Both the position numbers and the translations under genes were made by a program. From the NCBI GenBank assembly GCA_963729615.1, contig CAVSOI010000012.1, forward strand, positions 457,236-521,235: a DNA stretch of 64,000 nt, written 5' to 3'. Below the pieces are notes generated by a model. It saw only the letters and a list, made by a program, of their open reading frames with translations. It did no database searches and was not told the origin of the DNA. The stretch comes from an uncultured Cytophagales bacterium (GTDB lineage: Bacteria > Bacteroidota > Bacteroidia > Cytophagales > Flammeovirgaceae). Shown piece by piece: positions 41,262 through 52,446 of this stretch (position 1 is the first letter of the stretch; each line of letters starts with the position of its first letter).

Positions 41262-41652
41262 TTTCCTTATATTCTCCCTTTTCGATATTGAAAACCTCGG
41301 CTACAGTAGCTATAATCTCCATCCTTTGTTCTGTGAAAGAACGGTCAGACTCTAGCATCTCCAGCAACTTCACTAATACAATTACCTTCTGTTGCTGATT
41401 AAGAACCTTATTGATTTTCCTACACAGGGAAAGCACCTTTACGGAACTTACCATACTTACCAAGCCACTTTTCCTTTTTTTAGGGGTGCTAGCTTCATCG
41501 TAAAGTGCGGTATATTCAGCAACCGTTTTGTTGTCCAACTCTTGTTTAAAGAATCGGATTACAAAATTTCTTTCAGCATCTGTTGCCCCTCCGTCCTGCA
41601 TGGAAATAATTCCAAACAGTTTGGTCATGGCTACTAGTATATCTTCACTCAT
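41227..41652 (-). CDS. TerB-like small protein (hypothetical)
   Basis: ISMQDGGATDAERNFV resembles the TerB / DjlA N-terminal Asp-Gly-x-x-x-x-Glu motif. Overlaps the ABC start. Confidence 0.35.
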   Translation of the reverse strand: MSEDILVAMTKLFGIISMQDGGATDAERNFVIRFFKQELDNKTVAEYTALYDEASTPKKRKSGLVSMVSSVKVLSLCRKINKVLNQQQKVIVLVKLLEMLESDRSFTEQRMEIIATVAEVFNIEKGEYKEIEKFIVEPTFR

Positions 41653-42029
41653 AGGTTAGTTAGCTACTAAATTTCTTAAAGGTTCGGAAAGCATATTACT
41701 TCACTAGCTTTGAACGATAGGAGAGCGGATTTATTTTCTATTCAAAACCCTTGGGAACGGAAAACAAATAAGACGCTACTTTTTCTCTCGCTTCTTAGGA
41801 TTTACTCAAGTTGGCAATTTCTCTCCGTTTTGGAAAGGTTTGGCATGAAACACGCCAATTAAGAACTACTCTTTGATGCGCAACTATTGCATATTTTGAT
41901 TAAACCAAGACGTATCCTAATTCTTATAAACAAGAAAGGACTGTACCCAAAAAAAATGATTTGGATACAGCCTTTTGTGAATTTACTTGTTGCAAAAATT
42001 GGGAGTAACCGAAATCAATATTTTGCTTC

Positions 42030-42395
42030 TTAGTAGGTTTTGAATTCAAATTCAACATCTTCTACTAAGTCGTCAAATTCTTCGCCAGCCTCTTCCATGT
42101 CTTCATCATCTTCGTGGAAGTACCAAATTACTTTTGCGCCATCAATATCTTCTAGCTTTGTCAATACATCCAAGATTTTTTTGGAAGATGCCGTGTTGAA
42201 ATACTCCAACTTGAACATGAATTCTGTTTCATCGTTCAAATCTTCCGTATATTCATCTAGCCAATCCAAAATTGGTCTATAAAACTCCTCTGCATCTTCA
42301 GGAAGTGACCTGCCCGAGATTTCAAAAGTGTTGTTTGATTTGTCCAATACTACTTTTGGAGTATCTTCTGTTGATTCTAAGTTAAGTACGTTCAT
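42030..42395 (-). CDS. DUF1987 (SiaC-like) partner-switch protein
   Basis: 121 aa: LESTEDTPKVVLDKSNNTFEISGRSLPEDAEEFYRPILDWLDEY..., with an acidic C-terminus. Confidence 0.7.
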   Translation of the reverse strand: MNVLNLESTEDTPKVVLDKSNNTFEISGRSLPEDAEEFYRPILDWLDEYTEDLNDETEFMFKLEYFNTASSKKILDVLTKLEDIDGAKVIWYFHEDDEDMEEAGEEFDDLVEDVEFEFKTY

Positions 42396-42404
42396 CTTGT
42401 ATTG

Positions 42405-42953
42405 TTATATAGTTCTTGGAATAGTAGCTTTAAATGAGAAAAATGTAAGCGTATCATCAATCGGTTCGAAGTCGAAAATCAACTTTCTGCCAGATTTACG
42501 AGCCATATCTACAAAGCCCAATCCAGCTCCACCTTTTACGGGGTCAATTTTACCGTTTTTGATTATATCTTTATAAAGTTGTTTCAGTTCATCCAGATTC
42601 ATGCTATTGATTCGCTCCAACTTATTGCCCATTTCTTGGACTTGGTCGTTGGCAATGGCGTTTCCGGAAGTTACGTAATATTCTTTTTCATGCTTGCCAA
42701 TCATAAAGACTGCATTGTTTCTCACATTTCTTTCAGGCTCAAAATTGTCGGCATGTCTCACAATATTTTGGAGGCATTCCATCATGACATTGAAAACCTT
42801 ACGTTTTACTTTTCCTTCTTCGTTATAAGAATCCATGTTTCGCTCTGCCATAGCCAAAACTGATTTGGTTACGTCTTGGGTAAATTCCCCTTCGTAAATC
42901 AAAATCAGCTCTTTCTTGAGCATGGTTCTGTGCAAATCATAGATAAATTTCAT
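42405..42953 (-). CDS. SiaB-like GHKL Ser/Thr kinase (anti-sigma-factor-like ATPase)
   Basis: Resembles RsbW/SiaB: 182 aa with G2-box GGAGLGFVDMARKSG. It is 10 nt upstream of the DUF1987 gene. Confidence 0.65.
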   Translation of the reverse strand: MKFIYDLHRTMLKKELILIYEGEFTQDVTKSVLAMAERNMDSYNEEGKVKRKVFNVMMECLQNIVRHADNFEPERNVRNNAVFMIGKHEKEYYVTSGNAIANDQVQEMGNKLERINSMNLDELKQLYKDIIKNGKIDPVKGGAGLGFVDMARKSGRKLIFDFEPIDDTLTFFSFKATIPRTI

Positions 42954-43390
42954 AGATAGTGAGCTTTTTGGCTTTAATCGAATTTGTGTAATGAATGCTA
43001 TTTACTAAGCAAATGAAGCAATTTTGAGACTACTCCACAACAGAAGCAATAGTTGATTACTCTAAAATTTCGTGTTAAGATATGATATTTTTGAAATAGT
43101 AGCAATTTGAATAACAATTTTATTCAAATTTATAGTATTTGTAACTTACTGAGCGATTTCCAAAACAAGAATGTTTGCGCTATTATCTCATTTTGCGCAA
43201 TACGAAAACAGTTTTGGTTGGATTTCATATTGCCCATTGATGAGAAGAAATCAGCATTATAGAAAACCCCAAGATGAATAATGAGAGTCAACCCAGACCA
43301 TTGCATGCCGCCAATTTTGGGGAATTGCTTCCCAATGAATTCCTTTCGCAATAAATCCAACCATTTTAAATATTGGCCCAAATTCTATTT

Positions 43391-43661
43391 AACCCGAATA
43401 ATGAGTTTAAAAAATTGATTATCAGTAGGTTAACTATAATTTTTTTAGTGTGGTCAAAAATTAAGATTTAATATATTGCACTATTTTTTGATTTAATTAA
43501 AAACCGTATGTCAATAGTTTGGCTAAATAAAATAACATAATTTACTGATTAACAATTACTTAAGTCATTTTTAATTCTTCATTCTTAATGGCCAGGCCAC
43601 CCTGTCTTAATTTCCCCAATCAATAATTGTACTTATCAAATACACAACTCATAATTGGGGT
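43391..43661 (+). repeat. Repeat family B, copy 4
   Basis: aacccgaataatgagtttaaaaaattg ... ctcataattggggt. Contains the GGCCAGGCCACCCTGTCTT insert. Confidence 0.85.
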
Positions 43662-43714
43662 ATTTAGGTTTCCCCAAAATTAAATGCGGATGAGGCAGTT
43701 GCTGTACTCGCAAC

Positions 43715-46700
43715 CTAAAATCCAATTCCAATCAACAGCACATCATCGGTTTGTTTCTGCTCGCCTTTCCATTTGCTGAACACATCGGAAATTAGTGCGT
43801 GGAAATCTTGCATAGATTCAAATTCTTGGGAGTTTACCAATTCCCTGAATTTGCGCAATCCGTATTTCTTGTTTTCCACTCCGCCAAATTGGTCGGTCAA
43901 TCCATCGGAGAAAAAGAAAATCTGGTCTCCCTCTTCCAAACTGATATAATGTGTGGTAAAATCTGTTCGGATTTTGTAATCCACTCCGCCAATCGGAAAT
44001 CTATTTCCTTTGATTTGCGTGAGTCCTTTCTCTTTTGAAAAGTGCAGAAGTGGGCGATGCGCTCCCGAATATTCCATCTCCATTTTCTTCAGATTGATAT
44101 GGCACAGTGCAATGTCCATTCCGTCTCTTGTTTGGATTGATTTGTCGCCATTTCCTTGTCGCAAAGTTCTTTTTACGCCTTCGTGCAATAAATCGAGAAT
44201 TTCGCCCACGCTCGATGCCTGATTTGTGCTCAGAATATCGTTCAGCAAGAAATAGCCAATCAGGGAAATAAGTGCGCCAGGAACTCCGTGTCCCGTACAA
44301 TCGACTGCGGCCACGTAAATTTCGTCTCCTTTTTTGAAATACCAAGGGAAATCGCCACTAACCACATCTCTTGGTCTGTAGAAGATGAATGAGTCTTTTA
44401 AATCTTTCTGGATTAACTCATAACTCGGCAGAATGGCACTTTGAATTCTGTTGGCATAATTGATACTTTCCGTGATTTTCCTATTCGTAGTGCGGATTTC
44501 TCGTTCAATTTGCTTGCTTTCGGTAATGTCATGCACCACAAACAGCACAGATTCCACTTCCTTATCCTCATTGAATTCGGGAATGGCGTTAAGCAACATA
44601 ATTCTGTCTCCAACCACCGAAGGGAAATCCATTTCCAAGTCTATTTTGGATTTCGTTTCGAGGATTTCCTCAAAAGTTTCTGTCCAAGTTTTGGTTATGC
44701 TCGGGTGGAGCTTGGCATCATAAAGCGTTCTCGATAAAAAATATTCCTGCTTTCTGCCCGTCCAATCCTTAATGACTGGATTGACGTAGAAGAATTTCCC
44801 TTCGCTGTTCATTCGCATAATCAAATCTGGCGAATTCTCTGAAAGGGCCTGCATCTGACTTCGCATCCGCTGTTCGGTCTCTGCCCTTCTGCGTTCGGTA
44901 ATATCTCGTGTGTTTACCAATATTCCGCCAATTGCAGGGTCAGAAAGGAGGTTGGTAGCTCTGGATTCCACCCAAATTGCCTCTCCATTTTTCTTGTAGT
45001 AAGCATATTGAGTCGTAACACCTTTATTAGGTTCTCTCAAAACTTCCTCAAACATATTTTCATAAGTGGGAACGCTGTCAGGATGCACGTGGTCAACCTG
45101 CAGCCTCAATCAATTCTTCTTGCAAGTAGCCCAAAATAGATTCTACCGATGGACTCACATATCGAACTTTGCCATTTTTCTCGTGGATTGTGATTACTTC
45201 CGAAGCATTTTCGAGCAATAATTGCAGTCTTTTTTGCGAGTTGTTGACTTCGGCAATCTGGTTTTCTAGCTGGAGGTTGGTGCGCTTCAATTGCTCTTGC
45301 GTCATTTCCATTTCCTCCGCATTTTGTCGCAGAATCTCTTGCTGATATTGCAGTTCCTCGCCAAGTTGCTGGGAATCTTGAAGCATCAGCTCTGTGCGTT
45401 CATTTACCTTGATGTTGAAAATAGTTCGGGCAATAATAATACTGATTTCCTCCACAAATTTGATTTCCGTATTTGTAAATCGCTCAAAACCAGCAAACTC
45501 CAACACGCCATAAACTTGTTCGTTGTTTGTGATGAGTGGCACAAAAAGCAAGGATTTAGGCTTTCTGTCTCCAAGCAGGCCAGAGGAAATGGTCATATAA
45601 TCATCTGGAATCTCCAAACGTAGAATAGTATCTTTTTCAATGGCGCATTGCCCCACCAAGCCTTCTGCCAACTTGAATTCCTTCTGTAAATATTTTTTCT
45701 TTTGATAAGCGTAACTGGATTTCATGACCAGCCTGCTGATTTTGTCTTCCTCGTTCTCTTCTAAAGTGTAGAAAGCACCTTGAACTGCCCCGATTTTCTC
45801 AATCACAAACTCCAATACATCGCTTCCCAAATCTTCCAAGTTATTTCTGAATCGGAGAATTTGCGAGATTTCGGCAATGCCAGATACAATCCAATTCCGT
45901 GCTTTGTCTTTCGTTTCGGCTTCCTGAATGCTATCTCGCATGGAAAGGAGCGCATTCCCGAGCGTGTCTTGCTTACTCATGGGCGTGAACTCGGCATCGT
46001 AGTTCCCGTCTCCAATCTGCTTGGAAAAGTTGGCGGTTCGTTGCAATGAAGAAACCAAATCTTTTACTGCCGAAGCCATTTCGCCAATCTCATCATTGCT
46101 GTCTCCAATCACATTTTCGGGCAAAATACCTTGGGCAACCATTTTTAATCGCTCCTTAATAATGGTGATTGGGTTGGTAATGAGTGTGAGAATAAAATAG
46201 GAGGCAAAGGCGGAAACAAACAAAATGATAATTCCAAAAATGACAAACTGCTTTTTTAGTTCATATAAGTTGGCATACACTTCCTCTAAAGGAACGTAAA
46301 CGGTCATTCCCCATTTTGGCGTGGGTAAATGTTGCCAATAGGCCAGCACTTCATTTTTTTCCTTAGAGTAATCTGTATCAAAAATATAGTCGGCTTCTTT
46401 GGCCAAAACCGCATTTTGAAGTCCTCGCATTGCCAAGCCGTTTGTGGTATGCTTGATGAGTTCTGCATCATTTGCGCCCTTTATCGGAGTGATTGCCTGA
46501 AAACCAATGGCAGAGGTTGGTTGAGCCAAAATTATTTCTCCTGTTTCCCCCAATCCTGTGCTATCCAAAACGATTGGTAAAATATTTTCTGAAATATCGT
46601 ATCTGAAAATCAAAGTCGCTTTATGCTCAGTTCCAACCACAATTGCCCGAGCAAGGTGCAGGTAAATTCTACTTTGTGACTTAAAAAGATTCCCGTAAAC

Positions 46701-47198
46701 CACGCTTTTCTGGTTGTAGGCAATGGAATCTTTCAAATTGATGAAAACACTGGAATAATTCTCATTGAGTGGCAAGCCAATGCTCAATCCGTCTTGGTCT
46801 TTGAGATTGTAAATGGATTTCTCGGAGAGGTTCGTAATCAGTACATCATCATAATTATAAGTCTCTTTCTTGGCAAGAAAAAGTGTGTCTAAGGAATTTC
46901 CAATACTATCGAAAATTGGGTAGGAAATGGTTGGGTCGTAGAATTCGAGCGCACTCACAGCTTGTAGCAAAATAGGATTTTCCGCCACCTGATTGATGTG
47001 CCGTTCCAAGTCTTGAAACATATTCTCAATCTGATTCGCCTTAAGGGAACTGACCAGCTCCAAACTCGAAGTATATCTATCTCGAATGAGTTCCTTGCTT
47101 TGGTTATAAGACAAATAGCTGATGGCGACTACCGATAGCAGAATAACTATCAGTAACCGAAGGGTTATTTTCCGACTTATTTTGACGTTCTTAAACAT
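43715..47198 (-). CDS. Multidomain sensor PP2C phosphatase (SiaA/SpoIIE-like): TM, periplasmic domain, TM, HAMP, GAF, coiled coil, PAS, PPM phosphatase; an apparent 1-bp insertion about 45095-45105 splits it into 701-aa and 464-aa ORFs
   Basis: C-terminal PPM motifs GDFPWYFKK...VAAVDCTGHGVPGALIS...FFFSDGLTDQFG. PAS ...LQVDHVHPDSVPTYENMFEEVL. The upstream ORF ends ...YLQEELIEAAG* and the next frame continues RLQVDHVHPD. Confidence 0.7.
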
Positions 47199-47266
47199 CT
47201 GTTTGCTCTATCTCTCTAAATTATTGACTCGAAATAGTAAATTCACTAAAACACGTTTAGTTCATC

Positions 47267-48187
47267 CTACATGCTTTTCCCGATCAGTTTACTAATCTTT
47301 TTCAAATGTTGGTAATCGACTTCCGATATTTTCTCCAAAAAAGCGAGTTCCATTACGCCCATTACTTCTTTATCTTTCAAAAGAGGTAGAATGGCCAAAT
47401 AATTCGGGGAAGATTCTCCCAACCCAGAAAAAACCTCGACATAGCCTTTGGGAATGGAATTGAAGAGTTTTCCTGTGCCTGTTTTTGCGACCTGACCAGC
47501 CAAGCCTTCTCCAAACTCATAACTCAAAGTCTCGCTGTCGGAAACAATAAAGGCATAACCTGCAATCAATTCTATTTTCCTGATTTCCTGATTTCTCCTG
47601 ACCTGATAAATTGCTCCAGCACCTACATTCAGCTTGCTGGCAATCTGGCTCAATAAATTTTCAAGGCTCTCTTTGGAGATAGTTATTGATTCTGGGTTTA
47701 AATTCAAATCATTCAGCAAGCCCGCTAGTTTCCCATTATCTTTTTCAGATGATTGCATTTGGTTTGAATCGTAATCTTCCTCCTGTCTTTCTATATAAAC
47801 AATTGCTTCGGCAGAAGTTCGATAACTACTCGCCAAAAGCAAAAACATCAATGACACTCCAACTATCAGGGTCAAACCGAATGCTTTGTAAGTTGGCGTT
47901 GCCAAGTCCTGGGCAATTTTGAGCTTTTCACTCTCTTTACCTTTTACTTCTCTTATCAACTCTTTCCTTATTGCCTTCAGCAGGTCTTTATCGTTCAGGT
48001 TTTTCCCTCTTTTATCTTTATTGTCCAAAACGAGCATTCGTATTTCACGAACTCTGGCATCTTTCTCTTGTCTGAGATTTTCTGCAATTGAAATCGGGAG
48101 CTGGTAGAGTTCATAGCCTGCATACCCAGCCAAGCCTATAAATAGGAAGGTAAGTAATATTCCCCAATTTCTGGTGCTTTTCTTCAT
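47267..48187 (-). CDS. Membrane-anchored GAF-domain protein
   Basis: N-terminal TM, a second TM (LIVGVSLMFLLLA), and C-terminal GAF-like ...YAFIVSDSETLSYEFGEGLAGQVAKTG...VMGVMELAFLEK. Confidence 0.55.
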   Translation of the reverse strand: MKKSTRNWGILLTFLFIGLAGYAGYELYQLPISIAENLRQEKDARVREIRMLVLDNKDKRGKNLNDKDLLKAIRKELIREVKGKESEKLKIAQDLATPTYKAFGLTLIVGVSLMFLLLASSYRTSAEAIVYIERQEEDYDSNQMQSSEKDNGKLAGLLNDLNLNPESITISKESLENLLSQIASKLNVGAGAIYQVRRNQEIRKIELIAGYAFIVSDSETLSYEFGEGLAGQVAKTGTGKLFNSIPKGYVEVFSGLGESSPNYLAILPLLKDKEVMGVMELAFLEKISEVDYQHLKKISKLIGKSM

Positions 48188-48274
48188 TCTCTATATATGA
48201 GTATTTAGTAGTGAGTATCAGGTATCAAGATTATCTCTAAATAATCGTGTTTATGAATACAAGAAAGAATAAAC

Positions 48275-48345
48275 GCTGGCGGAGGTGTCAATGGCGACTC
48301 CCAACAGACTCTGCCGAGGGTCGGACTCCAGATGTTGGTCTCATA
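48275..48345 (+). repeat. Repeat family D (GC-rich, core GTC[A/G]ATGGCGAC...CTGCCGA[A/G]GGTCGGAC), short copy
   Basis: ggtgtcaatggcgactcccaacagactctgccgagggtcggactcc. Compare 52447-52637 and 60018-60395. Confidence 0.6.
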
Positions 48346-48593
48346 ACAAATTACTGTTCACAATCTCCAACCGTATTCTTCACAAAAAATTAAATTCCTA
48401 TTTAGGTATATGACGATTTTGAAGTTTACAAAATGAATTTGCTTCCCTCCAAAGTTAGAGTATGTTTGAATCGACTTAATTTTTGGTTTCTACGGCTTTT
48501 CAAAAATACCTGCTTCGTTGTTTTCTCCCCGAATAGCTTTGTGTTTTGAAAATCTCGTAAGATTCCCAAAAAATCAATCCAAATATACTCTTA

Positions 48594-48764
48594 GGAATGA
48601 GGATTAAATAAATGCGTGTTTTGTCTCAGTTTATTTTTGAGGTCGGGTCGAGCCAGATTGGCTACGCTAGCTAGTCAAGGCAAAATTTGCAGTCATAGCA
48701 CCGCTATGCGAGATTTTTAACGAAGAATAGACAGCGTGTCCCGAACCAAAAAGAAACAAGGGGC
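48594..48764 (+). repeat. Repeat family A, copy 5
   Basis: ggaatgaggattaaataaatgcgtgttttgtctcagtttatttttgaggtcgggtcgagcc ... gacagcgtgtcccgaaccaaaaagaaacaagg. Confidence 0.8.
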
Positions 48765-48805
48765 AGTCCCACTGAGAAAACAGCATCTTATTTATTTTCC
48801 ATTCC

Positions 48806-49411
48806 TTAAGCATTTTGCATTTTGTAAGATTCCCCCAATTCGATTAGGAAATCTATAATTCCATCTGCAGTCAATACAAAATCAATTTCTGTGGCATTCA
48901 AGGCAGAATTTGGCATGGTGTTAATCATGCTGTCTTCTGGGTCTTGCACAACGGTTAATCCATTATGTTTTTTTACGTGCATCATTCCTTCCGCTCCATC
49001 TTTATTTGCGCCAGAAAGCAGAATCCCAACCAACTTGTCTCTATAAGCATAGGCAGCCGAGGAAAGTAGAATATCTATAGAAGGCCTAGAATTATTGACC
49101 AATCCTTCGGAAGATAGAAAGAATGCGTTGCCCAGTTCTAGACCTAAATGATAATTGGCTGGAGCTAAATAAACATTCCCCTTTTTTACTGGCTGCTTGT
49201 CGAATGGCTCGGAAATCGGCTTCGTACTTTTAATCGAGAGAGCTTCCACAAAGCCATGTTTTACGTGTTTCAAGCGATGGAGACACAGGAAAATTGGCAA
49301 GGGGAAATCTTCGGGAAGTTTGGCCAGCAAATTGGTAATTGGCTGAAAACTTCCCGCAGAGCCTCCAATGGCTATTGCTCGATATTTTGGACTAAGGTTA
49401 TATTTACCCAT
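48806..49411 (-). CDS. cheB: CheB-type protein-glutamate methylesterase, catalytic domain only (no receiver domain)
   Basis: 201 aa: AIAIGGSAGSFQ...H...D, the methylesterase pattern. Confidence 0.7.
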   Translation of the reverse strand: MGKYNLSPKYRAIAIGGSAGSFQPITNLLAKLPEDFPLPIFLCLHRLKHVKHGFVEALSIKSTKPISEPFDKQPVKKGNVYLAPANYHLGLELGNAFFLSSEGLVNNSRPSIDILLSSAAYAYRDKLVGILLSGANKDGAEGMMHVKKHNGLTVVQDPEDSMINTMPNSALNATEIDFVLTADGIIDFLIELGESYKMQNA

Positions 49412-49660
49412 TTTTGGGCTAGTTCTTGGTTATGTAAGTAGAATGACACAAGTATCATGTATCAAGAAAGAAAATACTGATATTTAGCATTTTACATAGT
49501 TTGAAGCTAATAATTTCCCAATCAGCTTCGTATTCTTTGCAAGCTTACCAATGTCAGATAATAATGGGCAACCTTCCCATTAAATAGTATAAAATGCTTG
49601 TTGCAGAATAAGGTTGGATTGAGCGATTTCCATTCCCGTTTGGAGCGGAAACCACCATGT

Positions 49661-50497
49661 TTAATCCTTTATTTTCTTATAGATTTTCTCCTCATTGTTC
49701 ACTACAATAAACTTGTTGGCAATGTCGCACCAAATCAAAGATTCTTTGGAACCAATTGCCAAATAGCCATATTTGAAAAGGCTTTCGTGGAGTTTGTAGA
49801 GGACGGTATTCTGCAAAGTCTGATTGAAATAAATCATCACGTTTCGGCAAAGCACCAAATCGAACTTTGAGAAACCTTCGCCCAGCACCAAATCATGCTT
49901 GCGGAACCTGACTTCACGCAGGAGTTTTGGGTCAATCGTTGCCAAATTGTCTTTGACAGTAAAATAGTCCCAAATGCTAGATTTCCCCTCTGCTCTCATA
50001 TAGTTTTGAGAGTTGAGTTCCATATTCTTGGCATTTATCTGTCCACTTTTGGCTCTGCTGATAATTGCCGTATCAATATCGGTGGCGGTAATTCTTGCTT
50101 TGTCTAGCAAACCCATTTCCGAAAGTAATATACTCAGCGAATAAACCTCTTCGCCCGAAGAACAGCCAGCGTGCCATATATTGATTTTATCGTGATTCAA
50201 CATCACATTTGGCAAAATATGGTCTCTCAACGCCACCCAGAAACTTGGATCTCTGAACATTTCAGTTACGTTCACTGTAATTTCCGACACGAATTCCTCA
50301 AAGAAGGAAGGCGTTCTTTCCAGTTTTTCTATCAGCGCACTTACCGATTTGAATTTATACAGTTCAATAATACGTTTAATTCGCCTTCGGAAAGAAGACA
50401 TTGCATATTCTCTGAAATCGTAATCGAACTTCTCTTTCACAAAAGCAGTCAATCTACGCAGTTCGGCTATTTCTATTTCTTGAACATCCATGTTCAT
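49661..50497 (-). CDS. cheR: CheR-type protein-glutamate O-methyltransferase
   Basis: ...FFRDPSFW...INIWHAGCSSGEEVYSLSILL... are CheR SAM-MTase motifs. Confidence 0.75.
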   Translation of the reverse strand: MNMDVQEIEIAELRRLTAFVKEKFDYDFREYAMSSFRRRIKRIIELYKFKSVSALIEKLERTPSFFEEFVSEITVNVTEMFRDPSFWVALRDHILPNVMLNHDKINIWHAGCSSGEEVYSLSILLSEMGLLDKARITATDIDTAIISRAKSGQINAKNMELNSQNYMRAEGKSSIWDYFTVKDNLATIDPKLLREVRFRKHDLVLGEGFSKFDLVLCRNVMIYFNQTLQNTVLYKLHESLFKYGYLAIGSKESLIWCDIANKFIVVNNEEKIYKKIKD

Positions 50498-51335
50498 TTA
50501 TTATTCAGGTTGAGAGAAAGCAAAAATGGAAATTTCCACAATTCTTGCTTGAGATTTTGTGGATTATTCACACATTGCCCACAATCTACAATTATATATA
50601 TATTTTCCGAACAAATGAAACATTGTCGTTTGAAAATTGAGAATTAGGAAATAAGACTTAAAGTACTGATAGTCATATATTTACCTAAAAAATCGGGTAG
50701 TATGTAAGATGTAAGGCTACTTTTGGATATTTCGATACAAGCGAACGCTTGCGCTATGATTTTCTATTTGTTAGCCTTACCATTTTATCACTACCAAAAA
50801 GTGATTCAGTTGTCAATTTAGGGAAAACATTGTGTTATTCTAATAAACCTTCGGCTGTTTGTTTTGCAAGCTAGGAAGCTTTGACTAGCGAATGGAATAC
50901 ATAATAGTTCTTTGTTGAACCAGTAAGGAATTAACTAAGTAGTGTTCGCTAAATATTTTCCTATTATAAGGACATCAAGTGTGTAACCCTATTCTTGGTT
51001 ATCAAAGGCACAAGCGGACGCTTGCGCTATAGTTTTTTGTTGTTTTTGACGCTACTTACTTGCCACCATTCAAAATAGGAAATTATTTAAGTACACCTAC
51101 TTAATAATAGAATACTGACAAGTAATAAAAAACACAAATTGGACTCAATTCTTAGGAATATGTTTGAATCGACTTATTTTTGGATAATATTTTGAATTGT
51201 AAACATTACATCGCTTTGAGAGACTTTTTTTTTAGGATTGCCATCAGCATAATTCTGAAAGATACGTTATGTATAATCCGTATTGAGAGTATTATACTTT
51301 TCTGTTCTGCTATTTTCTAACTTTACTATCTGGCC

Positions 51336-51662
51336 TCAATCGTCTTCAATTTCAAATAAAAAGTTCTGATAAGCATTTTTTAGTTCCCTTAGCGTAAAAT
51401 CATTCTCTTGCTTTTTTGCGAGTTCAATTCCTGCCAAATAAGTTTTTTTTGCCAAATCATCTTTCTGCAAGTCGAAATAGAGTTGTGCGAGCTGATAGTA
51501 GGTTGGCAAATAATCTGAATGTTTGATAAGTAGCGTTTCAAAATACGCTTTTGCTTTCTGAACATCTGTTTTCTGATATTCTGTAGCTATCGCATAAAGT
51601 AGAAAAGCATCTTCTGGCTCTTCCAACAGGAATTTCTGTAACTGCTCTAGTCTCGTGTTCAT
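51336..51662 (-). CDS. Small TPR-repeat protein
   Basis: 108 aa with two or three TPR-like helical pairs (AFLLYAIATEY..., YYQLAQLYFDLQKDDLAKKTYLAGIEL). Confidence 0.5.
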   Translation of the reverse strand: MNTRLEQLQKFLLEEPEDAFLLYAIATEYQKTDVQKAKAYFETLLIKHSDYLPTYYQLAQLYFDLQKDDLAKKTYLAGIELAKKQENDFTLRELKNAYQNFLFEIEDD

Positions 51663-52032
51663 GGTTGGATTTAGTTATTCATAGCTTATGGCTCACGCAG
51701 AACCTGCCGATATTTGCCAAAATAGCACATTTGCGAGTCTGAAAACAGACACAGTCAAACGCATTTTATCTTAATTTTGCGTGGACTTTATCCTTATCAA
51801 AATTAAAAAATATTATATTCAAATGGCAAATTACATATCATAGCTTAGATTTGGTACTTTTGCAGAATCATTAAAGAAAAGTGATAGCAGTTGGATTTCA
51901 AATTCCCTAGTTTTTGAAAAGTTCTGGACTCTACTGTCTCCAACCAAAAAGCAAGTTTGAGAAAGAATAAGTACAAGTACAAAATAGAAAGTTGGATGGC
52001 CGATGCCATATTAAAATAGAAAGTTGAATATT

Positions 52033-52301
52033 ACCCCAATTATGCGTTATGTATTTGATAAGTACAATTATGGATTGAGGAAATTAAAACAGGGTGGCCT
52101 GGCCATTAAAAATGAAGAATTAAGAATGATTTAAGTATTTGGTAATCAGTATTTTGATTTTATGAGTTCCGTTAAATTATTGTCATATAATTTTTGATTA
52201 AATCTAAAAAAAGTACAATATAGCAAATCTTAATTTTTGACTACTCTAAAATAACACGGTTAAATATCTGAAAAACAAAGTTTTAAACTCATTATTCGGG
52301 T
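52033..52301 (-). repeat. Repeat family B, copy 5 (reverse orientation)
   Basis: accccaattatgcgttatgtatttgataagtacaattat ... aaactcattattcgggt is the reverse complement of the family B ends. Confidence 0.85.
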
Positions 52302-52446
52302 ATATTGATAATCAAGATGTCATGCTAAATATAATTACAAGCTAATTCCGTCCACTTACTTACGAGGAAGGTTTTATTTGATAGTAAGTAATAGTTGTTA
52401 AAATACTGAAAATCAATATTTTAAATGCACTTACAGAGAAATAAAC

